Below, piece after piece: positions 42,752 to 59,324 of a stretch of DNA of 64,000 bases. The notes beneath the pieces were generated by a model that had not been told where the DNA came from, did no database searches, and saw only the letters and a list, made by a program, of their open reading frames with translations. The DNA comes from the human T2T-CHM13v2.0 reference genome, Homo sapiens: assembly GCF_009914755.1 (NCBI RefSeq), contig NC_060926.1; one strand, given 5' to 3'. A program made the position numbers and the translations under genes. The first letter of the stretch is position 1. Each line of letters begins with the position of its first letter.

Positions 42752-43075
42752 CCTTTGATTAAAATTATGCCTAAGAATGTTAACATTTACTCCTAGAAAC
42801 AAACTCTCTTCAGCAATATATAGTGCCTTTGTATGTAATTCTTCTGTAGCAATCATACAAAAAAAAAATGAAAGCACACATGTTTTCATAGTATACTCTT
42901 TGTTTTGAGTTGAATTGTGTCTCCAAAAACAATATGTTGAAGTTCTAATCCCCTGTACCTGTGAATGTGATTACATTTGGAAATAACATTTTTGTAGGTG
43001 TAAACAAGTTGAGGACATTTTGGATTAGCATGAGCCCTAATGCAGTATGACTGATGTCCTTATTAGAAAAGAAGA

Positions 43076-43203
43076 GACACAAACATACGCACAAACACAT
43101 ACACATATGCATGTGCGTGCACACACACACACACGAGAGAGAGAGAGAAATAGAGAGGAGAGAGAGAGAGCAAGAGCAAGAGAGAGAGAGAGAGAGAGAG
43201 AGA
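43076..43203 (+). repeat. Compound (CA)n/(GA)n microsatellite
   Basis: Directly visible. Confidence 0.95.
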
Positions 43204-43398
43204 ATGCTAAGTGATGACAGAGGCAGAGATTGGAGTTATGCTACCACAAGCCAAGGAATGACCAGGACTATTGGCAACCACGAGAAGTTAGGAGAAAGTC
43301 ATGGGATGGTTTCTCTTTCACAGCCTCCAGAAGGAATATGCTGTGCTCGTACCTTGATTTCAGACTTGTGGCCTCCAGAACTGTAAAAGATAAATCTT

Positions 43399-43753
<355 letters not shown>

Positions 43754-43961
43754 CTAGGAGACTACTACTGTGTTCTAATTGCTCTGTTCATAAACTTGGA
43801 AACAAAATCTTTCCAAAAAATACAAAGCATTCCACAAGTTTTGCTTTTATTGTTCACTTAAGTAACTTGTAATTATTTCATGTAATTACCTAAGTGAATT
43901 ATTGTCACATAATTCTTGGGATCAGTCACTCAGTTGGAGATTCAGGTATATCTATTAAAGA

Positions 43962-44700
43962 TCAACAGTCAGTACTGCCCTTAGACTTGGACAAATCCTG
44001 CTCTTGATCCTCAGAGGTCCTACCATTTGGAGTGACTTCCTTGACATTTTTGGGTCTTTCTTTGGTGCCAGGGGATGTCTGGGGCTGGGAGTGCCATCTG
44101 CCAGATGCTTTGATTGGCAGGTTACCGTATCTCAATTTATCATTTTTGGAGTCCTCTCTGATCCTCTTATGTGTGTGTGGATTCAACCCAATGCCCTGTG
44201 GAGCTCATGAACTTGTGTTGATGGCATCTTTTCAGGACTTTAATGTCTGGGTTCTGGTTCCAGGAAGGTGGCCTGGTCGGTGGATGTTTTCTGCTTACTG
44301 GTATGATAATTCTTTTACACGATCATGGAAGATTGAGCTACTGGAACCATGCTGATTTGGGGTGACTTCTCATTCACATTGGACATATGACAATTCAAAG
44401 ATCCAGGTGTGGGCTCTTGCCAATTTTTGCCTAGGTTCTCACCTGTTTTCATTCTGACTTGCAGTGCTGATTCTAGTCTGTAGCACCCAAGGACAATCAC
44501 CACACCTTCTCTTCAGGCTTGTCAGCATATTTCAGGAAGACTTCCAGGATGTTAGAGCCTATCTCCCCTGAGAGCTTTTGCTTTTTATTCTCTTGCTCCA
44601 CAATGCCAGTGGACCCTCTGGTTCATGTTTTTTCTTGTGTCCAATCCATGTTTGTATGTCGTGCACTTCTAGGTCAGTGTTAAGCCATGCCTGATGCAGG
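43962..44700 (-). other. Unidentified decayed coding-like segment (possible processed pseudogene)
   Basis: More GC-rich than its flanks; long minus-strand frame with a few stops ending at TGA 43962; AATAAA (minus) at 43846-43851; no parent recognised. Confidence 0.3.
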
Positions 44701-45459
44701 ACAGATATTCTTGCATGAATGGAACTACTGATGTGTTCCTAACCTAATCTCCCTGCTGGTGTTGGTCTGCAGAAGGCCAATGTCAATATCAAAAAAACTC
44801 TTATTTTAGAAATGTACTCATTGTGGTCTGAAGAGTTCACAATAGTCATGTTTGGAAATGTGTCATTTTACATTTATAGTACTCCCATGCTGTAATGTGT
44901 TGTTTAAAATTTATGTGTTACCATTACAAATGGTAAAGTTAGCATGACTACAAAGTAAATTATTGTTTATGCTTTTCTGCGTGCCCTGGGAAGACTTGCA
45001 TTTGTGGTCAACATCAATGAAGCATAGCAATATCTTTTGGGAGTATCATTGGAAACCAATATTCATGATGGATGATGCAGCCTTATAAGCAATAGTGTGA
45101 GCATCAAATAAATGGAATTAGGGAACTGCAGAGCCAAGAACATCTATATTGTTCAATATAAAGAGGTTCTAAAGATCTATAGCATTGCTATCTTTTTCCT
45201 GTGGCTGGCTGTAAGAAATTAGCCAGGAATGGCATATTTGACAGAAAAGAACAAAGAAATTGTTCCAGGTCCTGAATAGGAGGAGATGGGGGCCTGGCCA
45301 CTATAAGGAATCTTTAAGTTTGTTGATTGGATAATAAACACAGATGTAAACACTTTTCACTCTCCATTATTCGAAAGCTTTATTGACAAATCAAGGTATT
45401 TCACATGAGACAATATATTTTAAGTAAAATTGTTCATGTAGACAGGAACCTAACAAAAA

Positions 45460-45809
45460 ATATTTGCTTGGGCTACCTAATTTCTAGAGGCAATCCTGTC
45501 AACAGCTATTTAAAAAGGGGGGTGGGAAGAGAGAACTGGGCAGAGGGAAAAGTGGACAAAGCCTCAGGCAATCCAGTGGGGTTATGCCCCACATCTGACT
45601 GAAATGGTTTGGCCTTTACACCCCTGCCTCTCTCAGTTACTGGTCCCTGGAGGAATATGACCTTATACAAGTTGGCTCTCTGTGGCTGAGACAGAGAAGG
45701 TGAAGAAGCTGACAGCTGGAGACCATCTGCTGTTTGCACACCCCAACACTGGGCAGCAAATCCTTTCTTGAAATGGGGGTCTGGGCAGCACATCTTTGTG
45801 TCTACCACA
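45460..45809 (-). mobile_element. LTR16-like ERVL LTR
   Basis: 'tgggcagagggaaaagt', 'tggcctttacacccc' and terminal 'tctgggcagcacatc...tctaccaca'. Confidence 0.7.
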
Positions 45810-45851
45810 AATATAATTTCAGGACTTAGTTTGAGAGAGATCTGTAAATGA

Positions 45852-45996
45852 AATTTAAATATATTCTAAAATGCCCAAAACTTACATGCCAAATATATAT
45901 ATATATATATATAACAAACTTATATATATATAACAAACATATATATAAAAAAACTAATATATATATGTTTTAGGCATTTTAGAATATATTTAAATT
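45852..45996. repeat. Inverted repeat (30-bp arms) around a (TA)n-rich spacer
   Basis: 45852-45881 versus 45967-45996, 1 mismatch. Confidence 0.92.
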
Positions 45997-46144
45997 ACAT
46001 ATATAAATGTATGTATTTATATTTGTTCAAAATTATGGAGAGGCAGAGGCAACTAATTATTGTTAATTTAATAACTATTAATAGCCCTTGTCTTATTAAA
46101 TTTAAAACACTTTGTCTAAAATACTTGATTTCCCAATTACTAAT

Positions 46145-48760
<2,616 letters not shown>

Positions 48761-48862
48761 CTAATAAATCTGATAATGTTACAATTTTTAAATAACTAAT
48801 TTTCTACATCACTTCTTCTCCACACTTGGGTTTTAAAGTGCTTTCTTAAATATATCCATGTC

Positions 48863-48952
48863 TATGTATATCTACATCTGTATCTACCTAGGTAGAGCAA
48901 TAATAGATTTATAATAGATCTACCAGGGTAGATACAGATGTAGATATACATA
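48863..48952. repeat. Hairpin-type inverted repeat (34-bp arms, 22-bp spacer)
   Basis: 48863-48896 versus 48919-48952, 2 mismatches. Confidence 0.92.
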
Positions 48953-49049
48953 TCTATATATTCTTAAGTTTTTATTTGCTACAAATTTTATAATTATCTA
49001 GGTTGTACATGTGTTTCATAAAAAATAATAGTGTAATTATAAAATTAAT

Positions 49050-51500
49050 AAAATAGCATTCTGTTCTTATCCTCATCAACTTGCTTCTCCAGAATTAAAC
49101 ACTTTTACCTATTTGTCTGTTACTTATCTCCACATTTCTAAATAGCCTCCTTTTAAAATGGATTTTTCTGGTTTAAAGTTTGTATCTCTATTTCTTAATA
49201 TCGGTATCTTAACATAGAAAACCTATATTGCTTAAATCATCACACACTTCTTTTCTCTTTATTCACCCTCCTATGCACTTTCTTTCTCTCCAGTCTCCCA
49301 ATTTGTAATTATATCATAATGTATCACTAATTCAATTTTTAGTGTTCATATAATACTCAATATTTAGTATTTACACAATATGACTATGGAAGTACTATTT
49401 TCAGTTGAATCAAGTTATGATAATATTTTATTTTTGTACAACCTTTTTTCCTGGGGTTATTTTCATTATTTTCTCTTGTTTAATTCTATACACCTACTAC
49501 GAATTCATCCTCAAACTTTTTGAAAGATGTGTAAAACTTATTTTAATCAAATTGGTTTCATCTTCTTTCCCCCTTGGAGATAGAGATCTTTCCAGCACCC
49601 CTTTGGCTCTGATCTGGACCACATGCTGTCTAGGTTGGCTGCACAGATGTCAACTTGGAGCCTCCTTTTGGCAGCACCTTAAGAAACTTTTTGGCATCTC
49701 TTTGTTGAATCCCACTTTCTGGACACCATATTTTGTTCCCTCTTGAATTATCTTCTCATATTGATGGAGTGCATTCTCCATCAGCTTTAGGAGAAAGAAG
49801 GCAAAGAACTTGAACATTTTGAGAACTTCTATTTCTGAAAATGTCTTTATTATTCTGATTCATACTTGGTTGAACAAATTTCTAGGTTAATTTTTTTTCC
49901 TTCAGAATGTTGAAGTATTGCTACAATGTCCTAAACTTGAGAATGTGTGTGGGGTTGTCAAGAAGACCTCATCATAAGGGTGAGGAACAGTATCTATGTA
50001 AAGGTTAGAATCTACAGGTGTTCTCTCTAGGCTGGTTTGTGTTTTCCAGAGAAGAAGGATCCAGTGCTCTGCTTTGGCTGAAAGAGAGAAGATGACTGTA
50101 CAGTCTCACTATTCAGAAATCAATTTCAGCTAACCTCTGATTCTCACCCTTCCTCTCAGCTGTGCCTGGTATCCTTAAAGCTATCTCTGCCATGGATCAA
50201 TGTCTTTAGACAGTGAATCTTTTGCCTCCTGCCAAGGAGGATGTGTAGTTTAGGGAAGGAGATTGGAGTCTAGATGCTACTGATGTAAAGTTTCTACCAG
50301 TCTGCCTGTTTTCAGCTTTACTCAGTGCCTCATAATCTCATATTTTTCAGGGTTCTGAGAGAAAAAACTGGTTTGCTTCTTGTGAGTGTTACCCCTACAA
50401 GCTGCTTGGTTTTAGCTTTCTCAGGACAGCTAAATTGGTTAACATTCATATGCTTTGCAGCTTCTAAAATGTTGTTCTCTCTCTGCTTCTGTTGCTCTTT
50501 TATATTTCCTTTAACCTTGTGGGATTTTTGTTTATTCCTTATTGTCATTTTAGCTGAGATTTAAGGAGAGGAATTTAGCATCTTCATTTAATGTATTCTT
50601 TAAATCACAACTTCTGATCAATAATAATTTCTGCCTTTTTGCCTCTCCATTATAATGTTCCTCTCCCTGAAATAGTAAATGTCAGGAATAGCACAAAATT
50701 CTGATCAAATATGGCAGAGTGAAGGTTTTCATTACATTTTCTACTCCAAAAGAAATTGCGAAAAACAAAAATTACACTAAAAACTCAACACACAGAAAAT
50801 AAGACAACAATTTAAGTGAAACGGAATCAGCCACAACTCTGAAAAGAATACTTTAAAAATAGATCAGGAGATACATGAAATATACAGAAAAACATGCAAC
50901 AAGCTGTAGAAGAAAGGGTGCCAAGTGCACACCCATCTGTATATTTCTTGCAGCACATAGAAGTTTTCTAAAATACATTCACTATAGAAATAAAAATTAA
51001 ACTAGTAGCAGCAACATATAAGCTCTGCTGAAAGGTAGTTATAGATATGGATGAGAGGCTTGAAAAAAATCAATAAAAATATAAAAACAAATGAAGCTGA
51101 TTAGACAAGGGGAAGAAGAAATGAATCATGATGTAAATATCAAACAAGGTGGATATTGATAGACCATAGACTTTGAAAATATAACAGAAGAGATGAAGCT
51201 TATATGGGATTTTAGTTCAGGACAAACCTGTGTTTTCAACGGGCGCCCATCAGAACCTCTTCCATGGCCAAAGGGTACTAAATAGAGTCAGTGGGTAATT
51301 TTCAGGATAGGTGAAACTCCAATATTATGTTTGCAATTTAGAGAAAAATAACATTTATTTTCTAAGATACTATTATAATACCTAGAAAAAGTAGTCTTTG
51401 GCAGGGGGTGGGGGTAAGAATTGAGTAAAGTTTGATGTTGTAAATAAAACTATAAAGTATTTTAAAGTATAATTTAATTTTCAGAATGGGAAACCTGTTT
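49050..51500. mobile_element. Very old LINE-derived (L1M/HAL1-like) fragments in both orientations
   Basis: T-rich then A-rich strand skew; motifs such as 'tctgaaaatgtctttatt' and 'aaatatggcagagtga'. Boundaries uncertain. Confidence 0.4.
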
Positions 51501-51787
51501 TGGTTTTACCAAAATCGCATATATTAACTTTTAAATTTTTATATATAGTATGTAACAGATGTGTGTGTGTGTTCTATCTTTCATACATTCTAATCTTGAA
51601 TGAATGATTTATTCATTTAATTGCCTTCTCAATACAGAATAATTTCACCAAAAATTATACGTGTAAAACCAGAAGTGACTTGTTACTTCCCTACTGAAGA
51701 TATTTTAAGTAAACTTAGCCTCACTCCCCTCTTTGACAGCCTGAGCAAGCTGGAAACCTTTCCTGTAATCCTTTCTTGTATCTAAAT

Positions 51788-51997
51788 CAGGGGTATCCAA
51801 TTTTTGGCTTCCCTGGGCCACACTGGAAGAAGAATTGTCTTGGGCTACAGTAAAAAACACTAACTATAGCTGATCAGACAAAAAAATTGCAAAACAATTT
51901 CATAATGTTTTACAAAGGTTTACGAATTTGTGTTGAGCTGAATTCAAAGCCATCCTGGGCTGTATGTTGCCTGCAGGCCATGGGTTGGACAAGCTTG
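51788..51997 (+). mobile_element. MER30 hAT MITE
   Basis: caggggtatccaa...ttggacaagcttg; perfect 8-bp TSD atctaaat at 51780-87 and 51998-52005. Confidence 0.92.
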
Positions 51998-52377
51998 ATC
52001 TAAATGAAAGAAGTATTAACTAATCTGAAATTATAGATTCTTGAAAAATGTCCTTTCTCAGTAGATAAGAATTTTATGTAACATGATACTTGGTATTAAA
52101 TTCTAATGAGAATAAGTTTTACAACAGATTTAAGTTGAGCTTCAGATACTCAGGCTGATAATATTTCTTTGTAGGATTTAATTTTTATTGACACATTAAT
52201 GAAACTATTCTCTACTTTAGAGCAGTAGGGATGACATAAATTTCATTATTTTAAGGAATAAATTTTATTAAATTTTCATTAAGTTACTAAACTGTAGGAT
52301 GTTTAAAATGTTTTTAACATGATCAATGCAGTTACCATGGATATTGCTCTTTATTTTAAAACCACCTCAGAATAAAT

Positions 52378-52575
52378 TGTGGTCTGCTGGTCAACCAGGC
52401 TTCCCTTCTACTCCTCAAAAAAGCCCTGATTTGTAGAATTTGCTGATTTCTGTATTAAACCCTGCATTATGGCTGATTTTGAGCTATCAATCTGATGTCA
52501 CTGATGGTGACTTTAGGGAGAAAGGTGAACAATGGGCTCTCCTTGGCCATGTGAGCCAGCTCTAGCACACTACTG
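52378..52575. mobile_element. MER63A-like hAT-Blackjack MITE
   Basis: 'aaaaaagccctgatttgtag...gagccagctctagcacactactg'. Confidence 0.7.
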
Positions 52576-52585
52576 CATTAACACA

Positions 52586-53551
52586 CAGGGGTGCATCACT
52601 TAACAAGCTGAGTGTGTTCTGAGAAGTGTGTCCTTAGGTGATTTCTTGTGTGAACATCATGGAGTGTACTTACACAAACCTAGATGATGTAGCCTACTAT
52701 GCACCTAAGTTATATAGTATAGGCTATTGCTCCTAGGCTATAATCTGTACAGTATGTTACTAAAATAAATACTCTAGGCAACTGTAACACAATGGTCAGT
52801 ATTTGTATAACTAAACATAGAAAATGTACATTAAAAACATGGTATAAATGATTTTAAATGGCGTTACCTGTGCAGATCAATTCCCATGAATGGAGCATGC
52901 AAACTGGAAGTTGCTCAAATATTTTCTTTCTTTATATCCTTATTCTTTAGACATTTTTTTCTATTTTTAAAATGCTTTATAATTTTTAGTTTTTTGAAAG
53001 TTTTTGTTAAAAAGTAAGACTCAAATACACACATTAGCAAAGGCCTACTCAGGGTCAGGATCATCAGTCAATATCACTTTCTTCCACTTCCACATTTTGT
53101 CCCACTGGACGATCTTCAGAGATTATCTTCAGAGATAATAACAAGGATGGAGCTGTCATCTCCTGTGATAATAATGCCATCTTCTAGAATACCTCCTGAA
53201 GGACCTGCCTTAGGCTGTTTTAGAGTTAACTCTGGCTTTTTAATAAGCTAGAGTATACTCTAAAATGATAGAAAGTAAATAATAAATATATAAACCAGCA
53301 ACAGCATTATCATTACCGAGTATTATGTTCTGTACATAATCATCTATGTTATACTTTTCTGTGACTGGCAGCACAGTGGGTTTGTTTACACCAGCATCAC
53401 AACAAACGTGAGTATTGCATTGTGCTGTGACATTGTGGTGTATGACATGACTAGGGAATAGGATTTTTTCAGCTCCTTTGTAATCTTATGGGACCACCAT
53501 AGTATATACTGTTCATCATTGACTGAAATGTCATTATGTAGCGCATGACTG
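52586..53551 (+). mobile_element. Tigger3b (internally deleted TcMar-Tigger)
   Basis: 'gttctgagaagtgtgtc', 'acttacacaaacctagatg', terminal 'gcgcatgactg' followed by TA. Confidence 0.88.
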
Positions 53552-54453
53552 TAATCATCTTTGTAATTTTCTTTTTTCTCAAAATTTATATACACCTTTA
53601 AAAAGTCAAGTAGGACCAGAAGCATTTATAATGAAAAATGATCCAAACCTCATTCTACCAACATCCTTCCCAGACAGAAGTTACTCTCTTGAACTGTTTC
53701 TGTTTTTAGTTCTGCCAGTTATTATTTCTTCCCAAATCTAAATAATTTGCTGTAAGGCTATTTTTTGATTTGGCAATAATATGAACACTTCCAAGTCTTT
53801 CAATTAGAATTATTTTCTATTATCTAGTAACTTTCTCCCCTCTATTTTCTCTGTTCTCTACAATTCCTGTTAGTTGGATTTAAGGTCATTATAAGTGATA
53901 CTCTTGTCTTTTCTTCCATATATTTTATTCATCTTTTCTGCTGTTTCAACCTTTTTTTGATTTTATGTACCAATCATGTGTTTGTATATTTGTGCTTTTT
54001 CTCATTTTTTCTTAGCATTGTCTTCTTGCTTAAATAAGAAAATATTACTTGAATTTATGAATCTAATTAAAGTTATTTATAATCTTTTTTAATTCCTGAA
54101 ATATCTGTTTTTCTTTTAAGTTCCTTTTTTCCTCTTGAGCTATATCCTTTTATTGCTGGTTTTCACATACTTGTTGACCTTTTGTTGTCTATTCATATTT
54201 AGCAATGTGGGATGAGTATGATTTGTCTGCTGAATGATTTGAGTGTCCTCTTTACCTATATATGAAGTTTTCACACTAGGACATTTTAACAGGTCTTTGA
54301 GCACCTTTCATAGATGTGCAATGTGCTCAGGCTTCAATTTGGGATTTTTCTGGGGAACTCCCAAATGCCAGAATGGAGAAGCCTTAAAATCTAGTGCATA
54401 ACCTATCAGCCTTTGTTTTGCTCATGCATTTCTTTTCTGTTTATTAAAAAAGA

Positions 54454-54458
<5 letters not shown>

Positions 54459-54498
<40 letters not shown>
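54459..54498 (+). repeat. (GT)20 microsatellite
   Basis: Directly visible. Confidence 0.97.
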
Positions 54499-54500
<2 letters not shown>

Positions 54501-55563
54501 ATGATTCTCTTTGGCAGAATGTGTTAGGCTGCCTGCACTCAGCAATTTAGCAATAGAGGAGAGAGAATGGATGGTGAAGAGGCACGTGGGGAGTAGCTGC
54601 AAGATGCAGTTGTTTCATGGACAGAAACTGCACCAATCCTATCCTCCTGCCCCCATCCCCAGTTTTCCAGGCTTTTGCACAGTACCTACGGATTCCAAGT
54701 CCAGCGCTTCTTTAGAGTTTTGCCAAAGATATATGGATCTTTTTCTTATGCAGATCATTTCCATGCATTCTAAGTGTAGCTTCATTTTTCTGTTTGATAT
54801 AATGAAGACTTCAGTCTGTCTTCATTTACCCCCAAATTTTTGAAATCTCTCATTCATCAAAAAGGTCCTTCTTTTTTACTAATTTTTCTGTAATTTTATT
54901 CCATTTTTTTCCTACACAATCATATGAATATGAATTGGAAGTCATGATCTATTGCACAGTGAATCCATTTGGAATCTTACAATCAGTGAACCATCCCTGT
55001 ACCTCTTTGGGAGCTATGTACATTGTATCTTGTATATGTACAGAGTTACGTTTTTTAGATTTTGATACAAACACCCAAAAAAACACTGAGCAATCCCATT
55101 AGGGTTTTTGTTTGCTTTTAAAAAATACTGGCATCAAGAAATTCTTTTATTCTAAAAGTATACCTATTTGAAAAACTCATATCCAAAATTCTGGTTTGTA
55201 AAATTATGAGCATTATATATGAAGTTTAGAGGACATTTATGGAGATTCCTTCATATAGAACAAAACAAAATCTTATAAATTATTATAATGTCATGTTACT
55301 GGATATGATTTCTTTTTTAAAAACCACAGTCAAAATATAAATCTGCATTCTTTAATGCTTCCTTTGACAAAACAATCTTTAGAAAACATTTATTGTCACA
55401 CTACTTTGGCCTGAACTATGAATTCTAATTTAATTTTTATATACTCTGTGTTAAAAATAATTTGATTTGGGGAGAAATTTGGAGGCGCTTCAAGGCAATT
55501 GACATTATGAAGACAAATTCTGTTTATTTCTTGAAAGTTTCTCTTCATATGAGTTTAATTGAA

Positions 55564-55860
55564 TTTTTTTTTTTTTTTTTGAGATGGAGTCTTGCTCTGT
55601 TGCCAATGCTAGAGTTAAGTGTTGCCATCTCGGCTCACCACAACCTCCACCTCCCAGGTTCAAGCGATTCTCCTGCCTCAGCCTCCTGAGTAGCTGGGAC
55701 TACGGCTACACATCACCATGTCCAGCTAATTTTTTTTATTTTTAGTAGAGATGTGGTTTCACTATGTTGTCCAGGCTGATCTCGAACTCCTGACCTCAGG
55801 ATCCGCCCGCCTCGGCCTCCCAAAGTGCTGGGATTACAGGCATGAGCCATCGCACTCAGC
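55564..55860 (-). mobile_element. AluS
   Basis: Full dimer; TSD tg(a/t)gtttaa(t/c)tgaattt at 55550-66 and 55861-77. Confidence 0.95.
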
Positions 55861-56799
55861 TGTGTTTAACTGAATTTCTAAAACTTGAATATGATTTTAT
55901 AATAAGCTATAAGTTTATTCTCTCAGTATTTCAAACCATATAATACAATTCTTATGCTTCTATCTTATAACCATTTAAAGTTATTTAGTTGGTTAGCTAT
56001 TTAAAGGTTAATCCTATGTTTTAACAATATTAAATACTTTATATAAGAAATGTGTTCATATTTTATAGTAAATTATCAAAGGAATACAGCCATTCAAAAA
56101 ATAAACATTATTTGCCACATTTATTTCTGTGTATACTGCTATGAATGCAACTCATTATTCTTAGAATATAGTTTCTCTGTATTGTAGAATATATACTTCT
56201 ATGTGTATATGTAGCTTTTATGTATATATGTGATATTAAATGAAAATTAGCACATATATGCATGAATGGATGTCAAATGTCCCCTATTTTTCATATATAC
56301 ACAACACTAATTCATATATGTGTGTATGTGATATGCACATACTATCTTTTTTTGTATATATGTATATATGCTTTCAAGGCCAGATTAAGCAGAAGGATGC
56401 TCAAATTTCTCCTCCCTCCTCCTATGCCTGATTATTCTGCACCAGACCTTCACTTTTATTGAGTAGCTAGGGTTGGGCTGACACTTTTCAGGCTGAAAGG
56501 CAGAAACATTTATCTTCACTGACAAACAATTTGTGAATACCTTCCTTGGGTTGTGAGACACTTGCTCTAACACAATTCTCATCTGTTTTATTATGGAGTC
56601 CCTGCAACATTTGACATCCTCTTACTGAATTTGCGTGTTGTGAACCGAATGGTACCATAGGTTGATTGTAATATATTTTTTTAAAGTTCATGCCAATTTT
56701 TCTGTCTTTGAAATTTAGAAATTAATGTGGGATTATTTCACCTGTATTTTTTAGGAAGGAACTCTATTAATTTTTCCTCTGAATATAAATGTAATCTGT

Positions 56800-57860
56800 G
56801 TTTCTATTAGAAAACTATGAGAATATGAGAAAATACCAGGAAGAAATAATATCTATATAATATCTATGATCCTACTAATCAATGATAATTGCTATTAGTA
56901 TTTTATATATATTCTTTAATCATGTATTTATGCATAAACATGCATGATATTAACTTAATGCTAGAATCATGCAGTTTATGTTTGCAGACTTTTGTTTGCT
57001 TAATTTTGAATGACATTAAAGGCTTGGTTTTTAATTGATGCATGATATTTCATCTTATGTACTTTCTGACATGTGATCACCTCCTATTGTTGCATATTTA
57101 CGTTATTTTTATTTTTGATATTCTGACTTAAACCATGATAAAATTCATATGTAAGGGTTTATGCACATCTACAGTAGTTTTTAGCCATTTTTTAAGGTTT
57201 TGTATGTAACCTGATCATTCCTTTAGCACATTTAAAAAATAATATCCATTTGTGTTTTCTTATTGATTTATAAGTCATTTTTTCTACAATGGTGTTAATC
57301 TTTGGGCTATCTTATATGTTGCAAATGATTTCTACTTTTTTGGTTGTTTTACATTATGTGTATTTTTTATATATATACTGTAATTTAAAATGTCCACTTT
57401 AGTACAGCCTCTATGGAAAACTGGTTGGCAATTTCTCGAAAGGTTAAACACACATCTACTTTATTATCTAGCAACTTTATGCATAAGTATATACCCCAAT
57501 AATTGAAAACATATGCCCACAAAAGACTTATACAAAAATGTTAATTACGTCTTTCTTCAAAATAACAAACTATTGGAAATAATCTAAATTTACGTCAAAA
57601 AGAATAGTTTAAAATTTGTGATATATTTATAAAATGGACTACAACTCAGGATTAAAAGGAATAAACTATGAATTTACACAAAAACACAGACGAATCCCAA
57701 AAACATACTCATTGAAAGAAGCAAGACCCAAAATAATGTATATTGTATGATTCTCTTGCTGTGAAGTTCAACAACTGGTGTAAATGATTTATAGTGTATG
57801 GAGTCAGGAGAATAGTTGCCTCCATGAAGGGGAAAGGGAATGAAAGGAAAGAGACACATT
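56800..57860. mobile_element. Ancient L1M fragments (minus to about 57370, plus 57400-57860)
   Basis: 'tagtacagcctctatggaaaactggttggcaatttct' and 'aaaacatatgcccacaaaagact'. Confidence 0.6.
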
Positions 57861-57887
57861 TATTTGTCACAAATCAACAAACGCTAC

Positions 57888-58214
57888 TATTATGGGGCTG
57901 AATTTTGTTCCCCCAAAATTCATATGTTGACATTCTAACTTCCTGCACATTAGAATGTGACCGAATTTGGAGACAGAGCTTTAAGACATAATTAAGAGTA
58001 AATTGAGTTCATTTTGGTTGCCCTAATCCAGTATGACTGGTGTTCTTAAAAGAAGAGTAGATTAGGACATAAAGACACACAAAGCAGGACCGTGTAAAGA
58101 CACAGAAAGAAGACAGCTATCTATAAACCAACCCTGCTAACATTTGATCTTGAATTTCTACTTTCCAGATTGTGAGAAAATAAATTTATGTTATTTTATT
58201 ACCTGGTCTATGGC
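57888..58214 (+). mobile_element. MLT1B-like LTR
   Basis: 'ctgaattttgttccccc aaaattcatatgttga' and 'gccctaatccagtatgactggtgttctt'. Confidence 0.8.
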
Positions 58215-58219
58215 AAAAA

Positions 58220-58550
58220 TCAAAAATGTTTATAAAAATGTTTAAATATCCAGAACCCAACAATGTAAAATCATAATGTTTGGCATCCAAACAAAAATTA
58301 CCTGGCATACCAAGAAGCAGAAAAACATGACTCCAAATGAGTACAAAAACATCAATCATCTATAAATGATCTGGAAATAACAATGATGATAGAATTAGCA
58401 TACAAGTATATTAAAACATTTAAATAACTACATATCATATGTTCAAGAACCTAAAAGAAAGCTTAAGCAAGTGTAGTAGACACAATGGGAAATATAAAAA
58501 AGACACAAATTCAACTTCTAGAGACGGAAATCATGTCTGAGTTGAATAAT
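58220..58550 (+). mobile_element. L1M 5'/ORF1-proximal fragment
   Basis: 'aaaattacctggcataccaagaagcagaaaaacatgac' and 'caaattcaacttctagag'. Confidence 0.6.
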
Positions 58551-58849
58551 GTCACTTATGTCTGTTTTCCTTTGCATTTATGCTAAGTGCATACACCATC
58601 CTGAGATAAAAATATTAAAACAAACTTTTTTGTAATTTCTTTGCAATTTTCATTTCTTATTGAAATCATACCTTAAATGTATTTTGTATATAATCTATTT
58701 TTCTGTATTATTAAACAATATTCAGAACTCTAATTGTTTTGTTACCCATCACTTTCTCATTGATTTGAAATGCCAGTTTTTAACATTTATGAGTGCAGGT
58801 ATGTGTAAATGAGTATACGAATTTAAAAGTCTCTATCATAAGAAGAAAT

Positions 58850-59030
58850 GTTCTTTAGCAATTAAGAGTGCAGGCTAACAAATGACTACATTCTAACTGT
58901 AACCTTGACCACATTTTTTTTCATGAGTCTTGACAGTAATCTACTTGTATGTAATAAATGTCATGTGGATAGTTGAACATATTTTACAGGGTTGCTGTGA
59001 GATTTAGTAAGGTAATGCAAGTACAGTCTT
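58850..59030 (+). mobile_element. MIR
   Basis: 'taactgtaaccttgac...acagggttgctgtgagatttagtaaggtaatgca'. Confidence 0.6.
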
Positions 59031-59324
59031 GCCTTGAATTATAATAGGGACATTTTAAGAAATTTTAAAGGAAATTTACAATTAAATGTTAAAGGAAATT
59101 TAAAGCATATTTTATCTATTCTTTCATCCAGAGGTATGTGAGTGTGTGTGCACGTTTGTATGTTTAAGGTTTGTGTATTGGATTTTATTTTAAATGTTTC
59201 TATTTTGCCTCTTAAATTTTGACTTAGTCTTTTGTATAGTTCACATTCTTTCAAGAGGATGTTGATTTTTTTCTTCTTGTTTTTACTCAAATTTGAATAA
59301 AGAAATTGCTATTTGGATCAAGCA

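Noticed and set aside
43054-43386. 110-aa His/Glu/Arg-rich ORF
   Set aside because: Produced by a (CA)n(GA)n microsatellite inside an MLT1 LTR.
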